A stretch of DNA of 62,327 bases, filler included, from Vermamoeba vermiformis (taxonomy: Eukaryota): NCBI GenBank assembly GCA_045837725.1. It is 8 parts of 8 records of this genome, joined end to end, with 100 filler letters (N's around TTAATTAATTAA, not from the genome) between each part and the next. Parts side by side here need not be neighbours in the genome. Positions count along the whole stretch, not along the records: positions 23,835 to 35,283 come from JBEWZL010000033.1; positions 35,384 to 41,342 come from JBEWZL010000037.1; positions 41,443 to 45,679 come from JBEWZL010000040.1; 5 more parts are not named here. One strand, given 5' to 3'. The translations under genes were made by a program, and so were the position numbers. The notes below the pieces were generated by a model, which was given only the letters and a program-made list of their open reading frames with translations, was not told the origin of the DNA and ran no database searches. This document shows positions 32,965 to 45,779 of the stretch, one piece after another. Positions within the stretch are counted from its first letter, which is position 1. Every line of letters begins with the position of its first letter.

Positions 32965-35163
32965 ATGGAGAGACTACTGGCTTTGTTGGACGAATTCCGA
33001 ACTACGAATATTGGTTTGTCCGTGATCTTGGTAATTTGAAGTTCTCTTCGTTAGTAATTCATTTCTAACTTTCCTTTAGGCTGTCCATAGCTCGGTAGAA
33101 AATACATGGATTCAACTGCAGCTTGCACTGCGCGAGATAATAGCAAAGCTGACATCTCGGAGACAAGGGCCAACCAGTTTATCTGTCATTCAATTCGGCG
33201 CTGAAGTGCAAGTCATTCAAGAGTTTACGTCGAGCATATCTGAAGTCACACTAAAAGTGCTCGAAATGAAACAAAATGGCGGGGGCCCAGATGCCAATCT
33301 GAAGGGAGCCCTCAAGCAGATGCACACTCTCTTCAAACTACAAAATCTTCCTCACCGCAAGCTCGTTATCATGCTGACTGGCGGTTTACCGTGCGACCCT
33401 TCCTCCGCAGCAGCAGCACATTTATTGATAGATGACGTACGAATCCATTTACGGTAACTGTAACGTTACTCATATCTCGTTTAGGCGATCAACATCGTAT
33501 GTATTGGTGTAGGCAAGACAGTCGACCAGATTGAGGTTTCGAAGCTAGCAAACAGCATCCACCATGCATTCTTTGTACCTACTTTGTCGGATCTACGAGC
33601 CTCATTTGCGACAAAACAAGAGGAGCAAGAGCCGCAACTCCGTAAACTCCGCGTTAGAGAAGAGACAGTATCGCTTTTCCTCGAGTTTAAACGTCCTAGA
33701 GTGCGAATGGTTGAATTGTTCGTACATTCTAGCGGGCTTTGGAAGTCTGTAGACAAAAAGGAGAATATGAGCGCGATGGATATTTCGACTGTATTCGAGT
33801 GTTCTTCTAGCCTGCAGCAAGACTCCAACTATGACTTCAAAGCAGTTATTACTCTGGAAAGCGGAGAAACAGTCAGCTCCAACGTACTGCCAATCAAAAC
33901 GAGAAAATGTAAGTAGCCATTTCTTCGTGAATAAGACGTCTTACAAGCTCTTCAGATAACCCGCAAAGCTCCATCTTACACAACGAGGCCTCGCTAAACG
34001 AGGAGAATGAAAAGCTCAAAGCAGGAATAATCGAGTTCTCAAAAACACTAAATCACCCAGTCCGGGTCGGCTTGGTTGGAAAAGTTGGCAATGGCAAGAG
34101 CGCTGCCGCAAACTCGTTTAATATGATATTCAAAAAACAATTTGAATACGTCAGCATCGTCGGGTCTATGGGAGAAAGGTCTCTTACGGCAGAGCCACGC
34201 GAGGTGCCACTCTCGTCAACACAACTCATTTTGCTTGACTTTTTTGGCTGGAACAACCCCGAATTATACGAACGAGACTTGAAATACCTCATTCAAGGCT
34301 TTGCACCGAATAACTTCAAAGAAGGAGATGGCAATAGACGTACGATTTTTCCATGTAACCCTTAGCGCTCTTTACTCACTCGCTCGTAAACAGCTGATTT
34401 CAAACCCGAAGTACACAATGCTAAGCAAAGAAAATTTTATGGTCTCTTCATCTTAGTCTCTCCGGCTGAAGTTGCTCAATCGCAACACCTTGCTTATGTG
34501 CAAGGATTGTACGACTTTGTTAATCGACAAGGTAAGTTAGTATGAATTCCATTATGACGAACTAACAGTACTTTAGGTCTTCAACCGATTATTCTTTTGA
34601 CCAAGGTTGACCAAATTGACCCTGAGCTCGCAGAACATCCGGAAAACATCTACTCGAGCGACTTGGTCGATGACTACATTCGACAATTGACACAAAGAAG
34701 ATTTCCGCGCAGCTTAATATTCCCAATCATATCGTACTTTGAACCACCAACCAATGGCAAATCAAACCCTGTAAAGGACTTCTTGCTCCTCTCCGCATTG
34801 TCTTCGTTGGTATTCAACACTATGAGACCGAATGTGTTTGCTATTACTCGTCCTGTTCCCAACGAAACGCCAGACAACCCAAAGGAAGAGCCCAAAAAAG
34901 CCTCAGCGGAAGTTGGATTGCCTGCAGCTAACCGGCCTCTTCGCACAGTTCACGCTCGTCATGTTGATACACCTAATGGTGCGTTCCGCCGCTGCCGCTT
35001 GTACAAAATAGAGTACGAGCACTTAAAACAAACCATCAAGGACACCTTTAAGACAAGTGAACTGTCGCACGTGTACGAAATACAGAATAGCCACAAAATT
35101 GTAATTGTATGCGACGAGGATATAGCTGATTTAAAGGATGGAGCGATATTGGAATTCGCTTGA
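32965..35163 (+). CDS. VWA-like + FN3-like + IFI44-like P-loop GTPase + C-terminal beta-grasp-like domain (paralog 2)
   Basis: RVGLVGKVGNGKSAAANSF, SLTAEPR, DFFGW, LTKVDQIDP, LIFPIISYFEPP; collinear with paralog 1. Confidence 0.78.
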
Positions 35164-35519
35164 AATAAATTCTTATTTCATTGCTGACCAATTAATGTTG
35201 TTGTAGCCAGCACTTGTGCACAAGTACGTTCAATTGCTGGTGATAAAGGATCACTAAAGGACGAAGTTTAGTGGTAACAATACNNNNNNNNNNNNNNNNN
35301 NNNNNNNNNNNNNNNNNNNNNNNNNNNTTAATTAATTAANNNNNNNNNNNNNNNNNNNNNNNNNNNNNNNNNNNNNNNNNNNNATTTAAATTCGTCTGCA
35401 CTTACCCGTCGAAATATGTTTCGTTATGAATAAATACGTGTTCTATATGATTATTGTTGCCTTCCATTGTGTTTGTGTAAGCAAACTAAAATTGTTATTT
35501 TCACTTTAGCAATTGCAAC

Positions 35520-37236
35520 ATGTTACGACAACTCGTGCGAACATCTTCAACGGTGTTAAGAAGGTCTAAGGGCCTATCATCATATTCAAAGCAAGCTACA
35601 CGATTATTCTCTGCACAAGTGAAATTGACGAGCAGCTCGAGCAAGAACAGAGCAGTATTTGCTTCCAAGCCAACCATCAACAAATTATCGGCAAAATTTT
35701 ATAGCACGAATCAAAGTGAGTCGAATAATGGTCAAATTGTAAATAACACCACCGACACAAGGTAAATCCAAATTTTACAATATTTTTTCGAATTTTTATA
35801 AATAACTACGTGCAGTTAGCACGATATTAATATTACCACATACGATAGTGTCATAAATAATATTTAATTCAATTGAAGATAAATATTTATAAGTGAGTAA
35901 ACTCACGCGATATTCAGTGATCTGCGGATAAAAATTCTCGAAAACGCACTCCGTCACGTGCCTAAATATGGCTGGTCTGTTGAGGCCCTTAGTAAAGCTG
36001 CCGAAGAAAATAATCTTCCGCCAATTGCACACGGTGTCGTGGATGTACGTGACAAAAGATCCAACTCATCTGGCGTACGATCACTAACAATTATTCTAGG
36101 GCCCGTTAGATTTAGTACGATATTTTATTGATAAATGCAACCGTCAAATGATTGATGACTTGGAGAAGATGGAAAATTTCAACGGGTAAGTTCATCACAC
36201 GCATAAAAATCAAAAATTGCTTGAATTACTTCTGGGCCGACAAAATTGATAAACCTTGGTGCTATATTATATTATATAGAGATATTGCATTAATGTTTTG
36301 CTTTCTGCTCAGGTTGACCTTGAAACAAAAATACAAAGAAATTATCAAGCTCCGCTTGTCGTACAATATTCCTTATATTAATCGATGGTCCGAAGTAAGT
36401 AGCACCATATATACATTATACTATAATACTAGGACATTGTTGTTTATGTCAATTAGGATAATTGAACGGTTAAACTTGTGCGCGTCGTACTTGGTGGTGA
36501 CACGTGTCACTTGCTAATTATCAATGATCAGTATCTTATATATTATATTACACTAGGCCCTGGCGCTATTAGCACACCCCACTGAATTGCCTACTTCGCT
36601 CAAAACACTCGCGCAGCTGGCCGACGAGATCGCGTACCAGACCGGTGATGATTCCACTAACGTACGTCACTGTACACGAGTTATTTTGCTTGCCTTGTTA
36701 GAGTAACTTAGAAAACTAACAGAACGTTATTATTATAGCTTGATTGGTACGCCAAGCGCGCTGCAATTACTGGCTTGTATACATCCACAGGTACGATTAT
36801 TTTAACTCATTTAGCCTTAATGTGGCTATGCATATATATTATACGCCATCGTGCAAAAAATACGATTGCATATTGGCGAGAACGTTTGTTGGAAAGCTTA
36901 GAAATTTAAATCCGGATCGCATCCCTTTGACTGACCAAGTTTTTTTCAACAGAACTCTACATGCTGACTGATACGTCTGGCGATTTCAAAGCTACTTGGG
37001 AGTTCGTAGAGCGTCGAATTGAAGATTTGGTTTGGCTGTCAAAAGCAAAATCAAACTTGGGTACTTTGGTCTCGACTGCCGCATCTGGAGCTTTTTCGAT
37101 TATCAATGGTTTGATTAATAGTAATAGTAGAGGACACGGATACAATAGTAATTATAATAACTATCGCGGCCAGCCTACTCATGAAAATTCTTCGCAGTCC
37201 AATAATGGTGTTGATCAGCGTAAGCCAACTAATTAA
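35520..37236 (+). CDS. COQ9: Ubiquinone biosynthesis protein COQ9, mitochondrial
   Basis: Arg/Ser-rich transit peptide; ALRHVPKYGWS, RLSYNIPYINRWSEALALL, LADEIAY..GD, DWYAKR, ELYMLTDTSGDFKATWEFVERRIED. Confidence 0.92.
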
Positions 37237-37435
37237 ATGCTTTTCAAAATTATAATTGGTATAACAATAATAAGTATATTCCTTTGATCATCATGATTAC
37301 CTAATGTTCAAAGCTTGAACTAATTCCTCCAATTCATCTCGCGAATTGTTTGCCATTAAAGTCAAAAAGCGATTGAATTGGCCGGCAGCAATTTTTTTTG
37401 TTTCCATTCATTCTAATATTCTGCACAAGAAGAAG

Positions 37436-38692
37436 ATGCTTTTCAAATACGCACCTTTATTATTGTTGTTAGTTCTTGTGCAACAAAGTATTGCCGTTTA
37501 TCCGGTGATCTACCAGAAAACCACGTTCTTTCCAACCGTACCGAGATGGGGAGTAGCAGCAACATCTGTTGGAAGTTTTGCATTGTTTGCTGGTGGTGTG
37601 AACGGTTTCGGTCCTGCTACTGATCTGGTGGACGTTTTCAACACTGAAACTCGTCAGTGGTCGACTGCAAAATTAAGCCAACCACGATTCTTTGCTTTGG
37701 CTGCCTCGGTTGGACAACTAGCACTCTTCGCTTTTCGTGAAATTGGAAATATTTCCAAAACTGTTGACATTTTTGACGCATCCAGCGGGGAATGGTCCAC
37801 GTATCCACTCTGCACTGAAGTAGCATTAGTTACTGCCGCAACGGCCGTTGGCAACTACGTACTGTATTGGGGAGAAGCTAACAACGCTACTGTCGTTTGC
37901 CGCTTCGATCCGGTAACTCATCAATGGACAGTTGAAGAAATAAGCCCTTATCGTCGCAGTGCTCCAGCTGCAGTTTCTGTTGGAAAGTATGCCCTCTTTG
38001 CTGGCGGGGAGTTGGACTCTGAACTTAACGGAACTACAACCAAGAGCGATCTCGTTTCAATATTCGATTCTGAAACACTCCAGTGGTCCACGGCATCACT
38101 TAGTCAAGCAAGATCTGATCTGGCAGCAACTTCGACTGGGGATTATGCATTCTTTGGTGGTGGTCTTGTATCGCTGACTCCACAAGTATACAGTGACACA
38201 GTTGATATATTTGATGCCAAAACTCTGACGTGGAGTGTTAATTCTTTAAGCCAACCCAAAGCTTACTTAGCGGCGACTTCAGTTGGACCATATGCAATTT
38301 TTGGCGGAGGATCCTCTCTAAATAACCTGATCGTTGATGACGTGGACATCTTGGATACGACTACAAAACTCTGGACTTACGCAAACTTGGCTAGTGGGCG
38401 AACCCAATTGACTGCTACTTCTGCCGGAAAATTTGCATTCTTTGCAGGCGGCGTTGATATTCAAGCTGGGCAGTGGGGCATAATCGATCTATTCGAGTTT
38501 CCAGAATTGTCTGCAGCACCAACGGCGAGCAACACACCTGCTATAGTCGTGCCCGTACCTACATCTAGCACTTCGAACAGCAATGTTCCGGTTGAATCTC
38601 CTGTCACTGTTACATCAGAGGCTTCGTTGCATTCGGCATCGCTCGTTTGGGTTGCATGCCTAGGATTTTTACTCCTTAAAGAGCTAATCTAA
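37436..38692 (+). CDS. Secreted, probably GPI-anchored kelch-like beta-propeller protein
   Basis: Signal peptide, about 7 repeats of AATSVG.YA.F.GG..VDIFD..T..W, Ser/Thr/Pro stalk, hydrophobic tail; intronless. Confidence 0.85.
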   Translation: MLFKYAPLLLLLVLVQQSIAVYPVIYQKTTFFPTVPRWGVAATSVGSFALFAGGVNGFGPATDLVDVFNTETRQWSTAKLSQPRFFALAASVGQLALFAFREIGNISKTVDIFDASSGEWSTYPLCTEVALVTAATAVGNYVLYWGEANNATVVCRFDPVTHQWTVEEISPYRRSAPAAVSVGKYALFAGGELDSELNGTTTKSDLVSIFDSETLQWSTASLSQARSDLAATSTGDYAFFGGGLVSLTPQVYSDTVDIFDAKTLTWSVNSLSQPKAYLAATSVGPYAIFGGGSSLNNLIVDDVDILDTTTKLWTYANLASGRTQLTATSAGKFAFFAGGVDIQAGQWGIIDLFEFPELSAAPTASNTPAIVVPVPTSSTSNSNVPVESPVTVTSEASLHSASLVWVACLGFLLLKELI

Positions 38693-38810
38693 TTAGAACA
38701 CTAGGTTGTATTTGATGAGTGTAGCCCTTCAACGCAATTAAACTATGAGCTAAAAGTGAATTTTCCTTAGAAGTAGAGCGGTTGCGGTGGTCTGTTGCAA
38801 AATTTAAATT

Positions 38811-41283
38811 ATGGACTGGAGCACAGTAGCCGTTGAAATTATTGAGCGTATATTATTATTTACTGGCTCACCAAGAACGATCATTAATGCCAGCTATGCT
38901 TGCAAAAATTGGAAGGCGATTGGCGACGATCAGATCGTGTGGAAGGTGCGTAATGAGCTAAATGCATAATTACGTAATTAAATTTGATTTATGATTTATG
39001 ATTAATATGCAACAAAAGATAGCATATTAGAGTCGCCTAACGCGATTACTAATTTTAGTATTTAAAGCATTTCAAATTTAATTTTCGTCAGTACTTACCC
39101 TGTGAACTAAAGAAATTAATTATAGGAGTTGTATTATATTATATCGTCCGTCGGTTTGAAATATCAAGATGAAGTCGATTGGAGGAAGAAAGTCATGGAT
39201 GGAGTTTTGATCCGCAATAACGTCGCTCAAGGAAGGTAAGTATGCGATATTTTCCCGTAATTATTAATTATTTAATTATTTTATTGCTTAGATGCGTAGT
39301 TAAAACCATCAGCACAGGCGAGCCTAAGACTAACAGGGTTGATCTGACTGTCGACAACACTGCTGTGTACAAAGACTTTCATCTCGTTACTTGGCAGACC
39401 ATAGAGCATTTTGGGTATTATTATTAATAGTATGGCAACCTGCATATGATTAATTTTTCTGCAGATCTTACGGAGACGTTCAAAGGTTAAATTCCCATTT
39501 CATCAATATGGTTACCGAAGAATACATCGAGGTAAATAATATATATACGATATATTTTGATACTAATTAATGTTATTAGCTGGACGAGAGAGAAGTGACC
39601 CTCATTAACAAATACGTTACCAAATCCGTACGTTTGCCTTTAATTAAGTTAGTAAAATCGTCTAAAATTCACCATTATATCTACTATAGCCTTCAGAGTA
39701 TTACGGCGGCATCTCTTACACCGACATGAGAGTGCACGAAATTGACGAAAAAAAGATCCGTGAGGGCAGGCTGTTCCTTCTAACGAGGGCAGTGAAATTA
39801 AACTTGCCTCGTAGCGACCATACAACACGATCTATTACCAATTATTGCTTGGATTCGAAGTACCTGGGGTTTTTCTCAAGCGAATATCAAGGGTAAGTAC
39901 TCTACTATTGCGGATTTATTCTACGTTGAGACGCAAAAGATTTCAGTGATATTTAAAATATAATAAGTAGGTGTCGGGTAGTTACTAAAGAAAAGATAGC
40001 ATCAAATTCAAATTTAAACAAAGCTCGTTTCAAGCTATTTTTCCCGCCTACCAACATTTTCAATTTTTTTTGAAAGAGTGCTCATAGACTAATTTTTTTT
40101 GCGCAACGCAAGACCTTCTCAGGCATATATTCTCGATGCGGAAACTGGATCAGTCGTATTTGAAACTCAGATGCCCTATGATAGAACCAACCGGTTCTTC
40201 GGGCTGTACGACAATTACTTTGCAGTGCGACCCTGGGATACGCTTGGCAAGCATAAATTCTTGTTAGTGGATGTCGTGACAAAAAACCAAATCAAAAAGC
40301 AATTTGAAGCTCCTTATGAGTTTTGTTTCATGAGAAAAGACGAGGTAAGATCTAACGTCAATTTTTTTTACACGCAATTTCTAATTCGATGCAGGTCGCA
40401 TTTCGCTGCGAAAACAAGTTTATCATATGGAATTATAAGAACAATACCGAGAAAGAATATCCGGTTGGACAAGCGGTAAGTTGTACTGTCAGCATTAACG
40501 GATCTGGAATAATTCTTACATGGTTTGCATAGGGCACTCAACTGGTGAAAATGATTTACCACGACATGTGGGTGACTGGAAAGAACGAACAATCGGAACT
40601 GCTGATATCATTTTTCGATATGAATGACGGCTCACAAGTTGGATCTTTATTTCTTCGAGGCAGTTATTCGGGCTTTGTATATCTCTCCGAGGTAAGCATT
40701 AATGCATATTATGCACTACGTAATACTAGCATTAACGAGTAAACGAAATTCCAGCTGAGTGATGGTCGACTTGCGGTTAGTACGAGAGCTGGTTGTCACG
40801 TGATCAGTTTTTTGAACTCCGAAGTGACGCGAAATATCAAAGTTTTGTTGATGGACATTGAAGGGACCGTAACAGTAAGAAACAAACAATGAACTAAATT
40901 TGGCAATTTTTGAGGTTACTAACGGTCGCCCTTGTTTCACATAGGAACATGAAATCATGGCGTGCAAACTCCCTGAATTTTATCGCCAACCTGCCAAAGG
41001 ATTTTTGCGAGATATGACCTCGCGCGTTGTTCCTTATCAACCTCACGCTGAAAATGAACGCTACGTCATGGTTTTTTCGCAGGCTTCCGAAAGACCGAAC
41101 AATGCAAAAGCCACGGAGCTATTCAAAAATGCAGTTCAGCCCACACAGATCAACACACCGTATCAAGGTTGGAGAACCGATGGCCAGACTATCGAGTGTC
41201 GCTCTCAGGCTGTTACACAGGTGTGTGGTCCAGTGGTGATCGTGAAAGAACGAAAGATCGACGGTCGATGGCAACTAGTGTAA
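38811..41283 (+). CDS. F-box protein, multi-exon
   Basis: MDWSTVAVEIIERILLF..TIINASYACKNWKAIGDDQIVWK is an F-box; many short exons follow to TAA 41283. Confidence 0.7.
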
Positions 41284-42114
41284 TTGGCAAAATTAAGTAA
41301 TTAATATAATGGTATTATTATTGTACAATAATGTTATGAAAANNNNNNNNNNNNNNNNNNNNNNNNNNNNNNNNNNNNNNNNNNNNTTAATTAATTAANN
41401 NNNNNNNNNNNNNNNNNNNNNNNNNNNNNNNNNNNNNNNNNNACAGGTGGCCATACTAGAGTGTTTTGGTTCGATATTGCTTTTGGATTTTCGTTACAGT
41501 CTGGCTCGGCTATTATCACGAATAGCACAATATCTAACACAAACGCTGCGAAGAAGTTGTTTTATGTCAATTTTGTAATTAAAACTGTGTTACGAGCTCA
41601 AAATTTAGTTGGATTCGCTCAATTCATACATACCGGCTTTTCAAAATACAACAAATGAAATAGGCAATTTGTTTTTTTATTAATATGTCGCGGCAGCGCG
41701 AGGATAATTGCCGTGTAAACGGTGCGTTGAGCATGGATTACAAGGATTTTTGTTTATGGACAACAAAAAAAAGCTAGGATTAGCTGCAGGTACGATCCAC
41801 AATACGACAGTCTTCATATTAGTGCGCTCTCGAGTAGAATAGAACAAGTATTGATTTAAAAAGAAAATGACAAGACATGTCTAGCTTGAGCACGTGACGA
41901 ATCACAAATCTAAATCCTGGCAGAATAATCCATGGCACGTGATATAGGCGTTGTGTCACATTTCCCGCTTTAATTAGGCCTTGGACGATTTGTCGTTGTT
42001 GAATTCTCTTTAAATGTAAAATCTTGAACAAATGCGGATCCCGAATTGGTTACTCCACTCTCACGCACCTAACCTAAACAAATAGTCTATCTTTCGAAGT
42101 TAACTTAACGCTAG

Positions 42115-45100
42115 ATCAATACCGTGGATGCCCATCCACGAACTGCGATGGATGTAAATCCACCATCTTGCCAAGATCCTTTGGCCAAAAGAAAAAAAGC
42201 AACTAAAATTATTATATTATAGGTTGGCTTGAACAATGATGCCAATGCATTTAGGAGTTTTGACAATGCCACTGAAATTGCCTCTCGTCTTATTGTAAAT
42301 TTGAAAAAAGAGGGCATGCTCGTCTTTCATTCAACAATAAAGTACCACAATCATCGACGAAACGCCAATAATCATTCGAGTGAGTTATTGCTCAAACTTC
42401 AATCGAGGAGGCACGTGGGTCTGTGTCTAAAATAGCCCTTGCAGTTCCGCAAAATTCTTGCCCAAATGGGTAATGAAGTTTTTTTTAGCTTTGGCGCCGG
42501 AAACAAACATGATTCAATCTCGTTTTCCATTTCGATTGCGTACCACGTTTAACCGGTTTGACAGCCTAACATCGCTAAGTGCAATGGAGAATAATATTGG
42601 TAAGCTCAGAAGGCTTCAAAAGGCGCAATGCAAGTCGGATCGGATCCAACTAAATTTTTATTTTAGAATGTGTAGTGTATTGTAATGACGCAGAGCAATC
42701 ATTAACGAGGACTGTCATCGTTAAGGAGAGCGACCACCCTCTGGCACCCGAGCTGCGAAGGAGAATCGCCAAGCAGATGCAGAAATCGCGCCATTCCAAG
42801 CAGATGGAAGCGCTTGTTGGACAAAGTGCATGGACGGCAATACCTATGATCCGAAGAGCGCAGCGAGATGTTGAAGGAGATGTAAAAGAACAAAGCCGCA
42901 TTATTCAAGTCTCGTGCTATCTGAGAGTAGTAGATACGGTATTGGCAAAAGGTAATCATGCTCCCCATTAAAGCCCAATATACTCACAAATTATATACAG
43001 TTATCGGATCGAGTCCCCCTGATGCCTCGAGCGTTGGTAAGCATTACATTTTCTTGGATGCGCTGTTTCAGTGAACTGATCTCTTCGTTGTAGATGCAAC
43101 TCTGGGATGTGTCAAAGTTCCTGTATACATCGAACTATCGAAAAAAGTCCAATCAAAGGATATCAGCAACAAGGCCCTTCAACACGCCGCTTGGGAGCTG
43201 TTGCAGAAGTACTGCGCCGATCTCAAAAAGACCGACATCATCGTTCGGGAGGAGTTCGAAGTGCTCAACGATGAAAATATGAGCGCCAAAGAAGCCGTTG
43301 AAAAGGGTCTCATCTTTGTCCTTGCAGCTAAGGATCAGTTCGATTATAAAGGCAAACCCGTTACGCGTAAGTTGAATTTAAATGATCTTTGTTCTTAATG
43401 AAAGCCCGAGCTACAATAATAGAATTGCCGTTTAGGAGCCCAATGCATAGCAATGCAACCCATATCAGTAGTGTCGGAGACCCAGATCGATCCGCCAAAG
43501 GTGCGTTCCTTCCCAAACAAATTACTTAGCGTAAAGTTGAACTTACAAGATATCGAATATTCAGTTTTTAATATAATTTCAGTCTGTCGAGCTTTTCTAA
43601 TCATTTCTTTAGATCGCAAGTGTATCGAATCCTGGCTCAGAGCAGCAGAGTAAGTCCCCAAAACCAATACCGGCTAATAACTAATCAATGTGCGTTCAAT
43701 AGTTTTGAGCAATACGAATGCCATGCCGCAGGTAAGGACGAATCTTTAATCGATCGAAGATCGTCTTTCAGGCCATTCGACAAATCCTGGCCATAAGTTG
43801 CAATCAAATCTATATCTCCTTCTATAATAACTGCAAGTCGTCGTAGACTATTGTTTACTAATTAATTTTTTGCTGAAAGGAGATGGTGTCGCACAACTTG
43901 CAAAGACAAACCCGGCGCCAGCTGCTACCGATGACGCAAAAAAGCAAGAGGGAGAAAAGGTAAACAACTATTAATACTTCTAGTACTGCTGCTAACACTA
44001 CGACAGGATGAAACTGCCGCAGTGCAACTGACAGTCGAGCAAACAGGGCAACCGAAGATCCCTCAAGTTGCCGATTTCCCGCCGACCTCAATGCTTCAGC
44101 CCCACCAACAAGTTATCGAACACACGGACACAAGTGAAGAACTCAAGCTTCGAGAGTTGTGCTTGTTCGATGAGAATGCGGGGCAAGACCAAAACTTTTT
44201 GGTTGGGCCTATTCCCTTTGCAACGCGGATCATTACAACCCACCTAAGCCTAAAACCACTCACGGAAGCATTCTACTTGCCCCAAAGATCTTTGCGGCCT
44301 CTGCGCTTCTCTGAGCCAAACCTTCCTTCCCAGATCGAATCTGAATCGAATCAAGAACTTAGTTTGGCCAGCCAATTTAACGCCGGAAGCCAAGGAAAAA
44401 TCATAAAAAAATCAACAATGTCAAGGGAGGTAGCCACACGATTTCCTGCAGCAGGAAGCTACGCTCACATGAGCGATGAGAGCGCAACTTTAATGAAACA
44501 GATTTTTGCAAGAATGGACGTTCTTGATCAGGAAGTGACTTCGTTGAAGAAATCCGAGGCAGACTCGAAGACGGAAGTGACTTCGTTGAAGACGGAAGTG
44601 GCTTCGTTGAAGAAATCCGAGGCAGGCCTAATTGAAGCTAACGCAGCTTTAGAGACGGAAGTGGCTTCGTTGAAGAAATCCGAGGCAGACTCGAAGACGA
44701 AAGTGACTTCGTTGGAGACAAAAGTGACTTCGTTGGAGACGGAAGTGGCTTCGTTGAAGACGGAAGTGGCTTCGTTGAAGAAATCCGAGGCAGGCCTAAT
44801 TGAGGCTAACGCAGCTTTAGAGACGGAAGTGGCTTCGTTGACGAAATCAAACACAGAACTCAAAGGAGAAATCGCTGCCGTTAGAAACACAAAACTTGCC
44901 AGCGTCGTAAGTTTAAAACATTCGCTGCGAAGTAACTTTAGCTAATGTTTACTAATTGAAACCAGAACTTAGTCCGGCGAACTGTCTCAAGCAAAAGGAT
45001 GCTTGTTTTGCGCGGTTTGGTACAAAAGTTTCTTTCTGTGGTAAGTTAAGTTTGATATCGTTGGAACTTGCTGATTTATCTGCTGCGGTTTAGGTTTGCA

Positions 45101-45627
45101 AGGAGCTTTTACCGAAATATCCAGGGCCCACCCTCGACAACAATTGGGTAACAATAGGAACGTACGTGCAGTACCTGAAGCTCTATCAAGGAGATATTCA
45201 GTTCTGCGCACTGTTCAAAGCGAAGGCAAAAATGGAGTTGGGGTCGCTGCTCGCATTTGTCAAAAACAATAAGGCTCATTGGAACAAAAGTGCCCATGAC
45301 TTCGACTTGGCCAGCTACCTGTTCGCTTTACAAACAGAAGAAAATACAAAGTACCGAGAGATCTACGATGCACTTGTGCACTTAAAGCAGCTTCCTGAGT
45401 ACGACAGCGCTGTTAGCAAAAATCAGGAAGAGCTGCAAAGGTTGACCGCTGATTTAACTTTAGTTGAGCCCGACGAATTCAGCAGCGAATCTGGTAACAA
45501 CACTAATGTGCTGGTGACCAATTCTGCGACTGGCCAGCCGTTAGGACCGAACATACCAGGATTGAGATGCCCTAATTGCGATTTTCCGTTGGACGGAATG
45601 CAATTAGTACAAAATCCTAATGTTTAG
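42115..45627 (+). CDS. Multi-exon hypothetical protein with a heptad coiled-coil repeat; 5' end unclear, may be more than one gene
   Basis: Series of plus-strand ORFs (42675, 43201, 43453, 44022, 45166) separated by GT-AG introns. Confidence 0.45.
44531..44840 (+). repeat. 21 bp (heptad) coding repeat EV[TA]SL[KE][TK] with a larger internal duplication
   Basis: Repeated GAAGTG[A/G]CTTCGTTG; block KKSEAGLIEANAALETEVASL occurs twice. Confidence 0.9.
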
Positions 45628-45779
45628 CGCAATTAAGGAGTTGCGAACTTTGTAATTTTGTAAATAGCGAAATTTAAATNNNNNNNNNNNNNNNNNNNNN
45701 NNNNNNNNNNNNNNNNNNNNNNNTTAATTAATTAANNNNNNNNNNNNNNNNNNNNNNNNNNNNNNNNNNNNNNNNNNNN

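Noticed and set aside
41820-42050. Run of TAA/TGA stops in one frame suggesting recoding or C-to-T hypermutation
   Set aside because: Stop density is about what AT-rich non-coding DNA gives, and other genes use TAA, TAG and TGA as normal stops.
44528-44890. Minus-strand NEATSV repeat ORF
   Set aside because: Antisense shadow of the coiled-coil heptad repeat.
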